DNA of 64,000 nucleotides from positions 32,001-96,000 of the IMG/VR virus record IMGVR_UViG_3300042890_006166, one strand, 5' to 3'. Positions 34,041 through 41,963 of the stretch are shown here, piece after piece. Every line of letters starts with the position of its first letter. Position 1 is the stretch's first letter. Origin of the DNA: a virus. The translations under genes and the position numbers were made by a program. Below the pieces are notes generated by a model. It saw nothing but the letters and a program-made list of their open reading frames with translations, was not told the origin of the DNA and did no database searches.

Positions 34041-34577
34041 ATGATCACAATTTTTGAAGGAGCAAGAAATTCTGGTAAAACTTTTCTGGCGAACAAATAC
34101 TCCCAGCAAACGGGAATGCAAATTTACAAATTTGAATTTGCTGGATGGTTTTCTGGATTGATGATTCCAGACGAAGATCCAAAGACACATTATTTTGCAT
34201 TAGGAAAAGAGGCCATGCTACTTCAGCTCAATAGAGATGGACTCCTGCCTCATTTTATCTTGGATCGGGGATTTCTCACTGTTTTAACCTGGGGGATTAT
34301 CAGCAAAAGAATCACTCAGCAGGAAGCTTCACAACAACTTAATCTTTTGAGGGATAAAGGACTTTTGGTAAACCTAAAGATAGTTCTAGTTGAAGGCACA
34401 AACCCAGAATCCAGAACTAAAGACCAATGGGATTTTCGAGAGGGGTCTGCAGAGGAAAAAGAAACTCTTTTAAATATAATTTCTGCTGTTCAATTTCTTC
34501 AGCCTGATTTAGAAGTTGTGAAACTTACTAATGACTTTACCCATATGACCACAAAGAATTTAATTCATTTGATTTAA
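34041..34577 (+). CDS. Nucleoside/nucleotide monophosphate kinase (thymidylate-kinase-like)
   Basis: IFEGARNSGKT P-loop and ILDRG motif. Confidence 0.7.
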   Translation: MITIFEGARNSGKTFLANKYSQQTGMQIYKFEFAGWFSGLMIPDEDPKTHYFALGKEAMLLQLNRDGLLPHFILDRGFLTVLTWGIISKRITQQEASQQLNLLRDKGLLVNLKIVLVEGTNPESRTKDQWDFREGSAEEKETLLNIISAVQFLQPDLEVVKLTNDFTHMTTKNLIHLI

Positions 34578-34578
34578 T

Positions 34579-36015
34579 ATGTGTGGTATTTTTATTAATA
34601 TAGACGGGGAAACCTCGAGATTAAATTCTATGTCACATAGAGGTATAGAATCAAATACGATTGAAAGAGATGGAGTTTTTTTATCCCACACTAGACTTCC
34701 AATCCAAACAGAAGAAGGGGATGGGTGGAAACAACCAATTGAAATTTCACCAGGGATTTTCTTGCTTTACAATGGTGAGATCTTTAACTATGACACCACA
34801 GTCTTTGGTTCAGACATAGAATATCTTTGTCAAACATTTGCCCCTTGGAAGGGAGGATCTTTCCAAATGTTTTGTTCTTTGTTCGTTCCTAGAATTCAAA
34901 CCTGGGATGGATTTTGGGCGATAGCTATCTATGATTCCAAATCTAAAGACATTATTTGTTTTACCGATCCGCTTGGGAAAAAATGTTTATACACCAACGA
35001 TGATGGCGAGCTAGCTTCCGAAATAAAGGCGGTTCAACATTGGTTTAGCCCTCAAGATTCACATTTCATTTCGACAGTTAGAAAATTTGGATATGTAACC
35101 GACGATTCAACCCCCTACAGAGACGTTAAAAGAATTTTACCCAACACGATTTATTATTACAATTTGGAAGTTCCCGGTTTTAAATCTACTTACTCTAATT
35201 ATTATAGAGGATTTAACTTCCCAATTGAAAATCTAACACCCGGAGATTATGAAGCTCACATGGAGTGGCTGTGGGCAAAACTTTTTGAATCTGTTCAAAA
35301 CAGATTAATTTCTAAAAATTATCCTATTTCACTACTTGTTTCTGGTGGTTTAGATTCATCTATCATTGCTGGGATCTTATCACAAATGTCTCCAGAGGTA
35401 AAATGGTTTTCTATAGAAAATGGAGAATCCAAGTTTGTTAAAATCCTGTCTGAATTTTACCAAAAGGATGTTAATTTTTTGGAGTACAACATGGATGAGT
35501 CTAAAATTAAAAAAATCTATCAAAAATGGAATGAAAGCCCTATTGATTTGGGTTCAGTAGTACCTCAATTTTTTCTCTTTGAATCGGTTAAAAATCAAGG
35601 AAATTCTAGAATTGTTTTAAGTGGAGACGGAGCAGATGAACTTTTCGGAGGTTATTCAAGAATTCACGAGTATGATTCCCAGTTTTCTGATATATTCGAT
35701 GAATTGAGATTTTACCACCTTCCCAGATTGGACAAGCTTTCAATGGCACACACATTGGAACTTAGAAATCCTTTTTTACACCTTGACATAGTTCGATTTG
35801 CTTTACATCTACCAAGAGAATGGAGAACAGATAAAAAAATTCTGAAAGATACATTTGGGCCTCTACTTCCCTCTGAAATTGTGGATCGTCCTAAAGAGGC
35901 TTTGAAAAATCCAAAAATCAAAGAGAACAAATTGAAGTATCGTCAACAGGCAGTTGACCTTTTTCTTGAAGTTGAACAAACCGAATCATTTTCAAAAGTA
36001 GAAGTAGATATATAG
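34579..36015 (+). CDS. asnB: Asparagine synthetase B-like glutamine amidotransferase
   Basis: N-terminal MCGI (Ntn Cys), HRG, H.RL.I, YNGEIFN, SGGLDSS, SGDGADELFGGY, ELR.PFL, R.KE. Confidence 0.9.
   Translation: MCGIFINIDGETSRLNSMSHRGIESNTIERDGVFLSHTRLPIQTEEGDGWKQPIEISPGIFLLYNGEIFNYDTTVFGSDIEYLCQTFAPWKGGSFQMFCSLFVPRIQTWDGFWAIAIYDSKSKDIICFTDPLGKKCLYTNDDGELASEIKAVQHWFSPQDSHFISTVRKFGYVTDDSTPYRDVKRILPNTIYYYNLEVPGFKSTYSNYYRGFNFPIENLTPGDYEAHMEWLWAKLFESVQNRLISKNYPISLLVSGGLDSSIIAGILSQMSPEVKWFSIENGESKFVKILSEFYQKDVNFLEYNMDESKIKKIYQKWNESPIDLGSVVPQFFLFESVKNQGNSRIVLSGDGADELFGGYSRIHEYDSQFSDIFDELRFYHLPRLDKLSMAHTLELRNPFLHLDIVRFALHLPREWRTDKKILKDTFGPLLPSEIVDRPKEALKNPKIKENKLKYRQQAVDLFLEVEQTESFSKVEVDI
36007..36014 (+). 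promoter_or_regulatory. Putative late promoter GATATATA overlapping the asnB stop
   Basis: GAT ATA TAG: last codons and stop of asnB; 17 nt before the GTG at 36032. Confidence 0.65.
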
Positions 36016-36031
36016 AAAAAAAGTCTACCTA

Positions 36032-36754
36032 GTGAAAATTCAAAAAGTTCAAAATTTCGACGAATTTACTTCCAAAAAAATAAACGAAGCAAACGATTCA
36101 TTTTTTTCCTTCGATTTTTTAGGAAATCTATTTACAAAAGGATTTGATGCTTTCACCGATGTACTGAAAGGAAAGGTTACTGCCCATATTTTTGAATATT
36201 TGGGGATTGGAGAGGGATCAATTCTTTCCAAATTGGTACAAAACTTTGTTGAAACTATCCCAGTAAAAGATTATTATGCCATTTTATTCAAAGGTAAAAT
36301 TAGTGCTCCATATTTGGCTCCTAAAGCAGCACAAGCAACAATTGAATTTTTAATAGAAATGGGGCCAGATGGAATAGCAAAAAATTTAGGAATTACCGAT
36401 ACCAACGGATATTTATACCGAACAATTTCGGAGATGCTCACCAACGAAGTTACAAAAAAAGATTTCTCAAAAAAATTAGAAAATTTCTATCTTTCTATGT
36501 TTGGTGGATTACCAGAAACTTCTGCAGAAGATTTTAAGAAATCGCTTAATCCCCAGGAAAAAACGAAAATAGAAAATGAATTGGCTGCAAAAGCCAAAGA
36601 AAAAGGCATTCCCACAGAAAACCCTAAAGAAAAAAACACAATGTTGGACAACTTCTTTTCTAATTTAGGATCAATGAACCAGGCAAACCCAACCCAAATC
36701 GGTAACACATCAGGGGAGGATTTATTCACGACCCTTCTTCAACCAAAAAAATAA
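36032..36754 (+). CDS. Putative internal head protein (GTG start), amphipathic helices
   Basis: N-terminal KVQNFDEF....INEA motif. Confidence 0.6.
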   Translation: MKIQKVQNFDEFTSKKINEANDSFFSFDFLGNLFTKGFDAFTDVLKGKVTAHIFEYLGIGEGSILSKLVQNFVETIPVKDYYAILFKGKISAPYLAPKAAQATIEFLIEMGPDGIAKNLGITDTNGYLYRTISEMLTNEVTKKDFSKKLENFYLSMFGGLPETSAEDFKKSLNPQEKTKIENELAAKAKEKGIPTENPKEKNTMLDNFFSNLGSMNQANPTQIGNTSGEDLFTTLLQPKK

Positions 36755-36763
36755 AATCAAATC

Positions 36764-37105
36764 ATGAATATAAATGATGTATCAAAAAGAGAAATTTTAG
36801 ATTTTAAAGATTTTCTGGGTAAGGTTATGGACAATACGTTCAAACCGTTAGCCGCAGAAAATCAAAAAGATTCTTACGATAGAACAGGATTTCACAAGAT
36901 CAAAAGAGAACCTGCCTATGACTTTGTGGGTTATGCCGATGCCGTCTTTTCTCCAGATAAAGCTGGTATTGGATTGCCTGGTTACAACGCTGGTAAAGAC
37001 AGGCAGTACATCAACGCCATTGGTGGTCCAGGTTTAACCCCAACAACAACCAACGAATCTGAGGCAATTGATTACACCAAAATCAAAAGACTAGAGGATT
37101 TCTAA
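36764..37105 (+). CDS. Small putative internal head protein
   Basis: ILDFKDF near the N-terminus and TNE...IKRLEDF at the C-terminus. Confidence 0.6.
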   Translation: MNINDVSKREILDFKDFLGKVMDNTFKPLAAENQKDSYDRTGFHKIKREPAYDFVGYADAVFSPDKAGIGLPGYNAGKDRQYINAIGGPGLTPTTTNESEAIDYTKIKRLEDF

Positions 37106-37123
37106 AGATTTTGTTTTTAATAG

Positions 37124-37155
37124 AAGGACGGGTTTGAAACTCGTCCTTTTTTTTT
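37124..37155 (+). terminator. Rho-independent terminator
   Basis: AAGGACGGGTT-TGA-AACTCGTCCTT stem-loop followed by a T-tract. Confidence 0.85.
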
Positions 37156-37164
37156 GGTATAAGA
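37136..37164 (+). promoter_or_regulatory. Putative middle promoter GAAAC-N17-TATAAGA overlapping the terminator
   Basis: GAAAC lies in the hairpin loop/stem; a TAAATTTG (TAnnTTTG) also occurs at 37167-37174. Confidence 0.4.
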
Positions 37165-37178
37165 ATTAAATTTGTCGT

Positions 37179-37850
37179 ATGTCCAAAATTCGTTTGGTTC
37201 ACATTTTAACCGAAATAGATACACCTAGGGAAATAGCTTCCATTGCTTCTTTGTCTCCCCTTGGAAATATGGGATTAGAATATGCTCAACAAGTAAACCA
37301 AAGATATACTGGAGATGACTGGAAATTAACTAAAGCTTTGTGTCAGAATGAATTTACCAATCATGGCCCTGGACACTATGGAGCTTTCCAATCGTTCAAG
37401 AAGGCAATGTTGGAAAATTTTGATGATGATCTAGATGCCTTGATCCTGTGTGAGTGTGATTGTGTACTAGAAGTAACCCCGGAAGATTTCATGAAGACAG
37501 TATATAGGGCTATTGAATTTTGTAACAAACACGAGATACGTTATTTTTCCCTTGGCTCTAGATTTGTGAATGGATTTTTACAGTCCCCAGTCTCTGAAAC
37601 AGACCCAGATTTTCCTGAATTTTATACAACACCAAAAATTATTTTGGCCCATTGTGTTATCTTACACCGTTCTGGTAGAGAATTTTATTTGAACCGTTTA
37701 GGAGAGAATAATTGGGATTCTCCGGATTTGTGGTTCAATGAAATAAATTGGCTACACGGTAACAATAAATTCGGTATCTCTTGGGAAAGATCTGCATTCC
37801 AACACGAGGGTCATTCTTTAATTGATGACTGCTGGAAAAATTCACAGTAA
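37179..37850 (+). CDS. GT-A fold glycosyltransferase (GT25-like)
   Basis: GHYGAFQSF...ALILCECD resembles the GT25 G..GC..SH...LILEDD pattern; later AHC.I and D.W motifs. Confidence 0.55.
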   Translation: MSKIRLVHILTEIDTPREIASIASLSPLGNMGLEYAQQVNQRYTGDDWKLTKALCQNEFTNHGPGHYGAFQSFKKAMLENFDDDLDALILCECDCVLEVTPEDFMKTVYRAIEFCNKHEIRYFSLGSRFVNGFLQSPVSETDPDFPEFYTTPKIILAHCVILHRSGREFYLNRLGENNWDSPDLWFNEINWLHGNNKFGISWERSAFQHEGHSLIDDCWKNSQ

Positions 37851-38552
37851 AGCCACTTGACTTTCTAAATCTTTAATGAAAAGTTCTTTGGCGATCTTTA
37901 AAATGTTAGATTCCTCATTGAAGTCTTCTTGAATTTCAATAACCGTGACTTTTGAATTTGGTGCTTGGACTCCAACAGTAACCAAAATTTCATTTACAAG
38001 ATGATCATAGGATATTGAAAAAAAATTGTTAGAAATTCTAACTCTTTTCATCATAATTCCAAAGGAAGAAGCATTAGAATATCTGGACCACCAGTATGAA
38101 TAAATTTCATCAGTGGCAAGATTTCTAACCAATAAAATACCTAAATCTGAATTTTTCTTGTCTGGAGTCAGATTGTAAACCGAAATTCTTTTTTCTAACT
38201 TTTTCCAAATGTTTGTTCCCAGCTCGGCGTACTTATACAAACAATCCAAAGATAAATCAACAATTTCCCGAAGTTCTTCTTTTTCTTCTTCTGTAAATTT
38301 TGAATCTATGAATTTTTCAAAAATCTGAATTTCTTCCTGATCCATTTTTTGAAGATCTAATTTTTCGTTTGCCAAAATTTTTTCAGACAATTTTAAACCT
38401 TTAATAGAAGAAAAAATTTGTTGAATGGGATGATAAATGTTGTCCCTTCGAATTTCTTCATTTACTTCTTGTAGAAAGTCTAACAAAATGTACTGTTTGT
38501 GTTCGGTATCTATTGGTAACTGTAGAAACCAGGTGGACTCGAGATTTTTCAT
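37842..38552 (-). CDS. Conserved hypothetical protein (only minus-strand gene)
   Basis: 236-aa ORF with ATG, A-rich leader and an upstream GAATATATA; the + strand is closed here; N-terminus (TWF...ID.E.K.Y.LL..LQEVN) recalls a Bacteroidota hypothetical family (from memory, unverified). Confidence 0.75.
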   Translation of the reverse strand: MKNLESTWFLQLPIDTEHKQYILLDFLQEVNEEIRRDNIYHPIQQIFSSIKGLKLSEKILANEKLDLQKMDQEEIQIFEKFIDSKFTEEEKEELREIVDLSLDCLYKYAELGTNIWKKLEKRISVYNLTPDKKNSDLGILLVRNLATDEIYSYWWSRYSNASSFGIMMKRVRISNNFFSISYDHLVNEILVTVGVQAPNSKVTVIEIQEDFNEESNILKIAKELFIKDLESQVALL

Positions 38553-38626
38553 GACCGTTGGTTTAAATTTTTGAAATTCATCATATATATTCTTGAGTCA
38601 GCCCTAAAAAGGAAAATGGAGTTGAC

Positions 38627-38634
38627 GATATATA
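38627..38634 (+). promoter_or_regulatory. Putative late promoter GATATATA
   Basis: In the divergent intergenic region, 19 nt before the ATG at 38654. Confidence 0.65.
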
Positions 38635-38653
38635 AACAAAGTAATTGTCATAC

Positions 38654-39088
38654 ATGAGAATTCAAGATTTTGGTTCATATTCAGTTCAAAAGAAAAAAAG
38701 GTTCACCTCGGAGCACACTTTCACAGCATCTTTGGATTATGTTGATGTCAAATTGACCAACCGCCCTCCTGAATTGTCGGATGTAGACGATTTAAAATGT
38801 GAGATTGAATATGAGATTTCGATTGAAAGACAAAAACAAGGAGTTCAGGATATATCATTCAAAATAAACCAAATTGAATTGGAGGTTAAAGTGGACGACC
38901 ATCCGGATGATCCGAAAGAGTTTGAATTTGAAATTGTTCCTGGGGAAAATATTGATTCCAATCTGGTAGTTATACGCAAGGGAGAATCTTTAATTCCAAC
39001 CGATCCCACCTTTTTACACATCGATATGAAAAAGTCAGCTAAAGTAGCGGATTTCAAAGTTACAGTCTTGTTTGGAAAAAATGAATAA
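38654..39088 (+). CDS. Hypothetical beta-rich protein
   Basis: Start placed at ATG 38654; MRIQDFGSY N-terminus resembles the propeptide motif. Confidence 0.65.
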   Translation: MRIQDFGSYSVQKKKRFTSEHTFTASLDYVDVKLTNRPPELSDVDDLKCEIEYEISIERQKQGVQDISFKINQIELEVKVDDHPDDPKEFEFEIVPGENIDSNLVVIRKGESLIPTDPTFLHIDMKKSAKVADFKVTVLFGKNE

Positions 39089-39971
39089 TTTGGTTCCCTA
39101 TTTTGAAGAATTTTTTTCTCTAAATGAGTCAAAATCTTCTGGAAAAAAAAATTTAGGCATCATAGGACCTTTGGCAAACTGGTCACTTAAACTTCAAGTA
39201 TATCCGGAACCTAATCAGGGTATGATTGGATATGCCATAGATGAAAATTGGGTCGAGCTGGAACACAATGACAAAAAAGTTAGATTTCCGAAATCCTGCT
39301 GTGAAATGAAGTCCAATACAAAATCGGCGGTCATCCACATAAAACCTTACACGAAGTGGTTTTCAAAATTGAAGAATCGAGAAGAAATGGAAGATTTTAT
39401 CGATAATTTCGTCGAGTCCAACACGGTTAAAAAAGAAAGTGGTCTGGAGAGAATATCGGAAAACACCCAAATTATTTTGGATTTATTTGGAATACATTCA
39501 CAAGTACAAAATAATCAGATGAGGTTTCCCGGACTTTATGAATTGAAATTGGACAATGGAATGGAGGTAGAGATGGAAAAAAATGAAGGATCTGAACTTT
39601 TTTCTGAACTGAAAGTTTACAAATCTGGAGATGCTAAATTTCCAGACATCAGGATTAAAAGAAAAAACAACCAATATCTGATGGAATTCAGAGGGCCTTC
39701 TGGAAAATTTATTGAGTCCGAAGAATCACTCGTAGATCTTTTCGAAAATAGAATTTGCACATACCTAACTAAATGTGTTTTGGGCATGGATTGCTCAGAA
39801 GAAGAATCACATTTAATCGGGAGGTTGAAAGAAACTTTGTCTGAAAAAGTGGATCTAAAAAATTCAGATAAGATAGAAAAGAGAAAAAAAATGATTGAAA
39901 ATCTGAGAGATGTCTTAAGCAATTCGATAGAGAATTCTCTACTGGAAGACATTTTGCAAGGCGAAAATTAG
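39081..39971 (+). CDS. Putative internal head protein
   Basis: Start placed at ATG 39081; LVPYFEEFFSLNES motif. Confidence 0.6.
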   Translation: MNNLVPYFEEFFSLNESKSSGKKNLGIIGPLANWSLKLQVYPEPNQGMIGYAIDENWVELEHNDKKVRFPKSCCEMKSNTKSAVIHIKPYTKWFSKLKNREEMEDFIDNFVESNTVKKESGLERISENTQIILDLFGIHSQVQNNQMRFPGLYELKLDNGMEVEMEKNEGSELFSELKVYKSGDAKFPDIRIKRKNNQYLMEFRGPSGKFIESEESLVDLFENRICTYLTKCVLGMDCSEEESHLIGRLKETLSEKVDLKNSDKIEKRKKMIENLRDVLSNSIENSLLEDILQGEN

Positions 39972-39979
39972 TCTAATAA

Positions 39980-40007
39980 GAAACTTTACCTTTGTTCCTG
40001 ATATAAA
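39980..40007 (+). promoter_or_regulatory. Putative middle promoter GAAAC-N17-TATAAA
   Basis: Intergenic; the -10 box overlaps a late-like GATATAAA. Confidence 0.45.
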
Positions 40008-40067
40008 CAGAAATCAAGTTGTAAGTTATTTTGTGTTGTTAATTTTAAAAAAATTCTTTCTAAATTA

Positions 40068-40718
40068 ATGTACATGGGGTGGCTAAAACGTATATTCAAT
40101 AAATCAAAAAAAATGAATTGGAAAGACAAAAGTCTAGAGGAAATACAAAATTTTTTTCAAACAAAAGATTTTCAATGGTTGAAGGGAGATCAGATGGGAA
40201 ATATCGAGAAATTCAAATCCATAGAAAAAGACGAATCTACAGGTTTAATTTTCATTTCATTTCGCTCTGGTGGAAGAATGAACGTGGAATTGGTTCAAGA
40301 ATATATGGATGTTTTCCCTTCACAAAATATAGATTTCAATGCTGTTGCTACCTCCAACCCGCATACTCCTACACAAACCAAGCCTGATATTTCATCTCAA
40401 CCCAACAAGAAAACCAACTCTGTTTCATCTGTACAGCTTTCCGAATCTCCGATATATAGCTTATTGAAGAAACAAAAAACAAATTGGGTTAACGTGAACA
40501 TCACCTTAAAATTGAATCTACCTTCCAAGAATTTGTATGGGGTTCTTACCACTTCTTTCGAGGAAGCTGACCGTGAAATTGTGAACTTCGTGACGGAAGG
40601 GATCGACATAGATGATATCAAATCCGCTTTGGGAGATTCTATTTTGGCGTATTACGACAAGAAAAAAAATCTAGTTTCTTCTGATAAATTTTTAGACCAA
40701 GTAGAAGATGGACAGTAA
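40068..40718 (+). CDS. Hypothetical protein
   Basis: 216-aa ORF, two domains joined by a P/T/S-rich linker. Confidence 0.7.
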   Translation: MYMGWLKRIFNKSKKMNWKDKSLEEIQNFFQTKDFQWLKGDQMGNIEKFKSIEKDESTGLIFISFRSGGRMNVELVQEYMDVFPSQNIDFNAVATSNPHTPTQTKPDISSQPNKKTNSVSSVQLSESPIYSLLKKQKTNWVNVNITLKLNLPSKNLYGVLTTSFEEADREIVNFVTEGIDIDDIKSALGDSILAYYDKKKNLVSSDKFLDQVEDGQ

Positions 40719-41283
40719 TATTCTTTTTGAAAATAATCTTTTCCGTGTTGAAGAGAGAAACGGATCGACCGGTATGATCCCACTTTTCACCAATGTGGTG
40801 ATTATGCCTTTTATCTCCGATGAACAGGGATTGCCTTTGTCCATAGGAGTTCTAAAAGAGCCAAATCCTTTTAGAGAAGGAGGTATGTCGGTTTCTTTAA
40901 TATCGGGAACTACTGAAGAGGAAGATCCAGATTTACTTGCCACCGCCAAAAGAGAGCTGAAAGAAGAAAGTGGATATGACGTACAAGACAACAAAAAATG
41001 GTTTTATTTAGGGTCAGTTACATCTTCCAAATTTGTGGACCATGAGCAACCCTGTTTTGCAGTAGATGTTACCGATGTTCCTAAAGGCGATCCAGAACCA
41101 GATGAAACTGAAAAAGAAAATGGCATGGAATTTAAATTCATCTCTGCCAACGATGTCGTTAAACACAAAGATATTTTTATTCCGGGTCTTTTTTTAAAGC
41201 TGTTCAAGTTCGTGTTGGGATTCGACGTTCAGAACAAACAGAATGGACTCGAAAAAAGTAAAGGTTTTAAATTTTCAATTTAA
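40708..41283 (+). CDS. Nudix hydrolase (ADP-ribose pyrophosphatase-like)
   Basis: Nudix box variant G....E.......AKRELKEESGY; W.YLG.V.SS. Confidence 0.85.
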   Translation: MDSNILFENNLFRVEERNGSTGMIPLFTNVVIMPFISDEQGLPLSIGVLKEPNPFREGGMSVSLISGTTEEEDPDLLATAKRELKEESGYDVQDNKKWFYLGSVTSSKFVDHEQPCFAVDVTDVPKGDPEPDETEKENGMEFKFISANDVVKHKDIFIPGLFLKLFKFVLGFDVQNKQNGLEKSKGFKFSI

Positions 41284-41288
41284 TTTTT

Positions 41289-41612
41289 ATGAGTCAAGCT
41301 AGAAAAGCCAGAAAAGAACTTGCTAAATCTTTGGGTTATTTGAAGAAAGATGAATCTATGATGTCTTTTAGAGAAAGAGTAAGAAGAGCTAACCAAATGG
41401 GTAAACAATTTCATACAATTCATCTTCAAAATGTTATGAATCAAGAAATTCAATCTGGAAGGTTGCTAACCAACGCACAATTAGATAATTTAGGGAAAGA
41501 AAAAAATCAAACTGAAGGAAATTTTGGACTCAATTTGGATTCATTCGAATTTTTAGATGAATTAAAACCAGAGGAATCGTCACACAATGACATTCTAGAC
41601 AACCCAAAATAG
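41289..41612 (+). CDS. Hypothetical protein
   Basis: 107-aa ORF in the operon. Confidence 0.6.
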   Translation: MSQARKARKELAKSLGYLKKDESMMSFRERVRRANQMGKQFHTIHLQNVMNQEIQSGRLLTNAQLDNLGKEKNQTEGNFGLNLDSFEFLDELKPEESSHNDILDNPK

Positions 41613-41613
41613 C

Positions 41614-41946
41614 ATGATTGATTGTTTGGCAGAGATTAAGATTTTTCTAGCTAAATGTTCGGCCAAAGAAGCCAAAAAAAAATTTGATGGCGGGATTGAC
41701 TTTTCCGTGATAGATATTGGTAAAATTATTCGGGATTTAGGTTACAATAACTTAGATTTAAGTAAAGAATCTGAATTTATCATCAATTATACTATTCAAA
41801 GAAAAATAGACCAGGGGATATATAATACAAAGAACAACACCATAATGATCGTACACAAAAATCTTTCAAATGATTTTATTTCTAATTTAAATTCTTTTTT
41901 AAAGGAATACGAAAATGAATTTGAATTTTCGATCGAGATGTTGTAA
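41614..41946 (+). CDS. Hypothetical protein
   Basis: 110-aa ORF in the operon. Confidence 0.6.
   Translation: MIDCLAEIKIFLAKCSAKEAKKKFDGGIDFSVIDIGKIIRDLGYNNLDLSKESEFIINYTIQRKIDQGIYNTKNNTIMIVHKNLSNDFISNLNSFLKEYENEFEFSIEML
41817..41824 (+). promoter_or_regulatory. Possible late promoter GATATATA for the baseplate operon
   Basis: Exact motif within the upstream ORF, about 140 nt before 41964; no other late motif precedes this operon. Confidence 0.4.
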
Positions 41947-41963
41947 AAATTTGTATGAATTAG

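Noticed and set aside
40451-40458. GATATATA inside ORF 40068
   Set aside because: About 250 nt from the next start and upstream of non-structural genes; consistent with a background occurrence in AT-rich DNA
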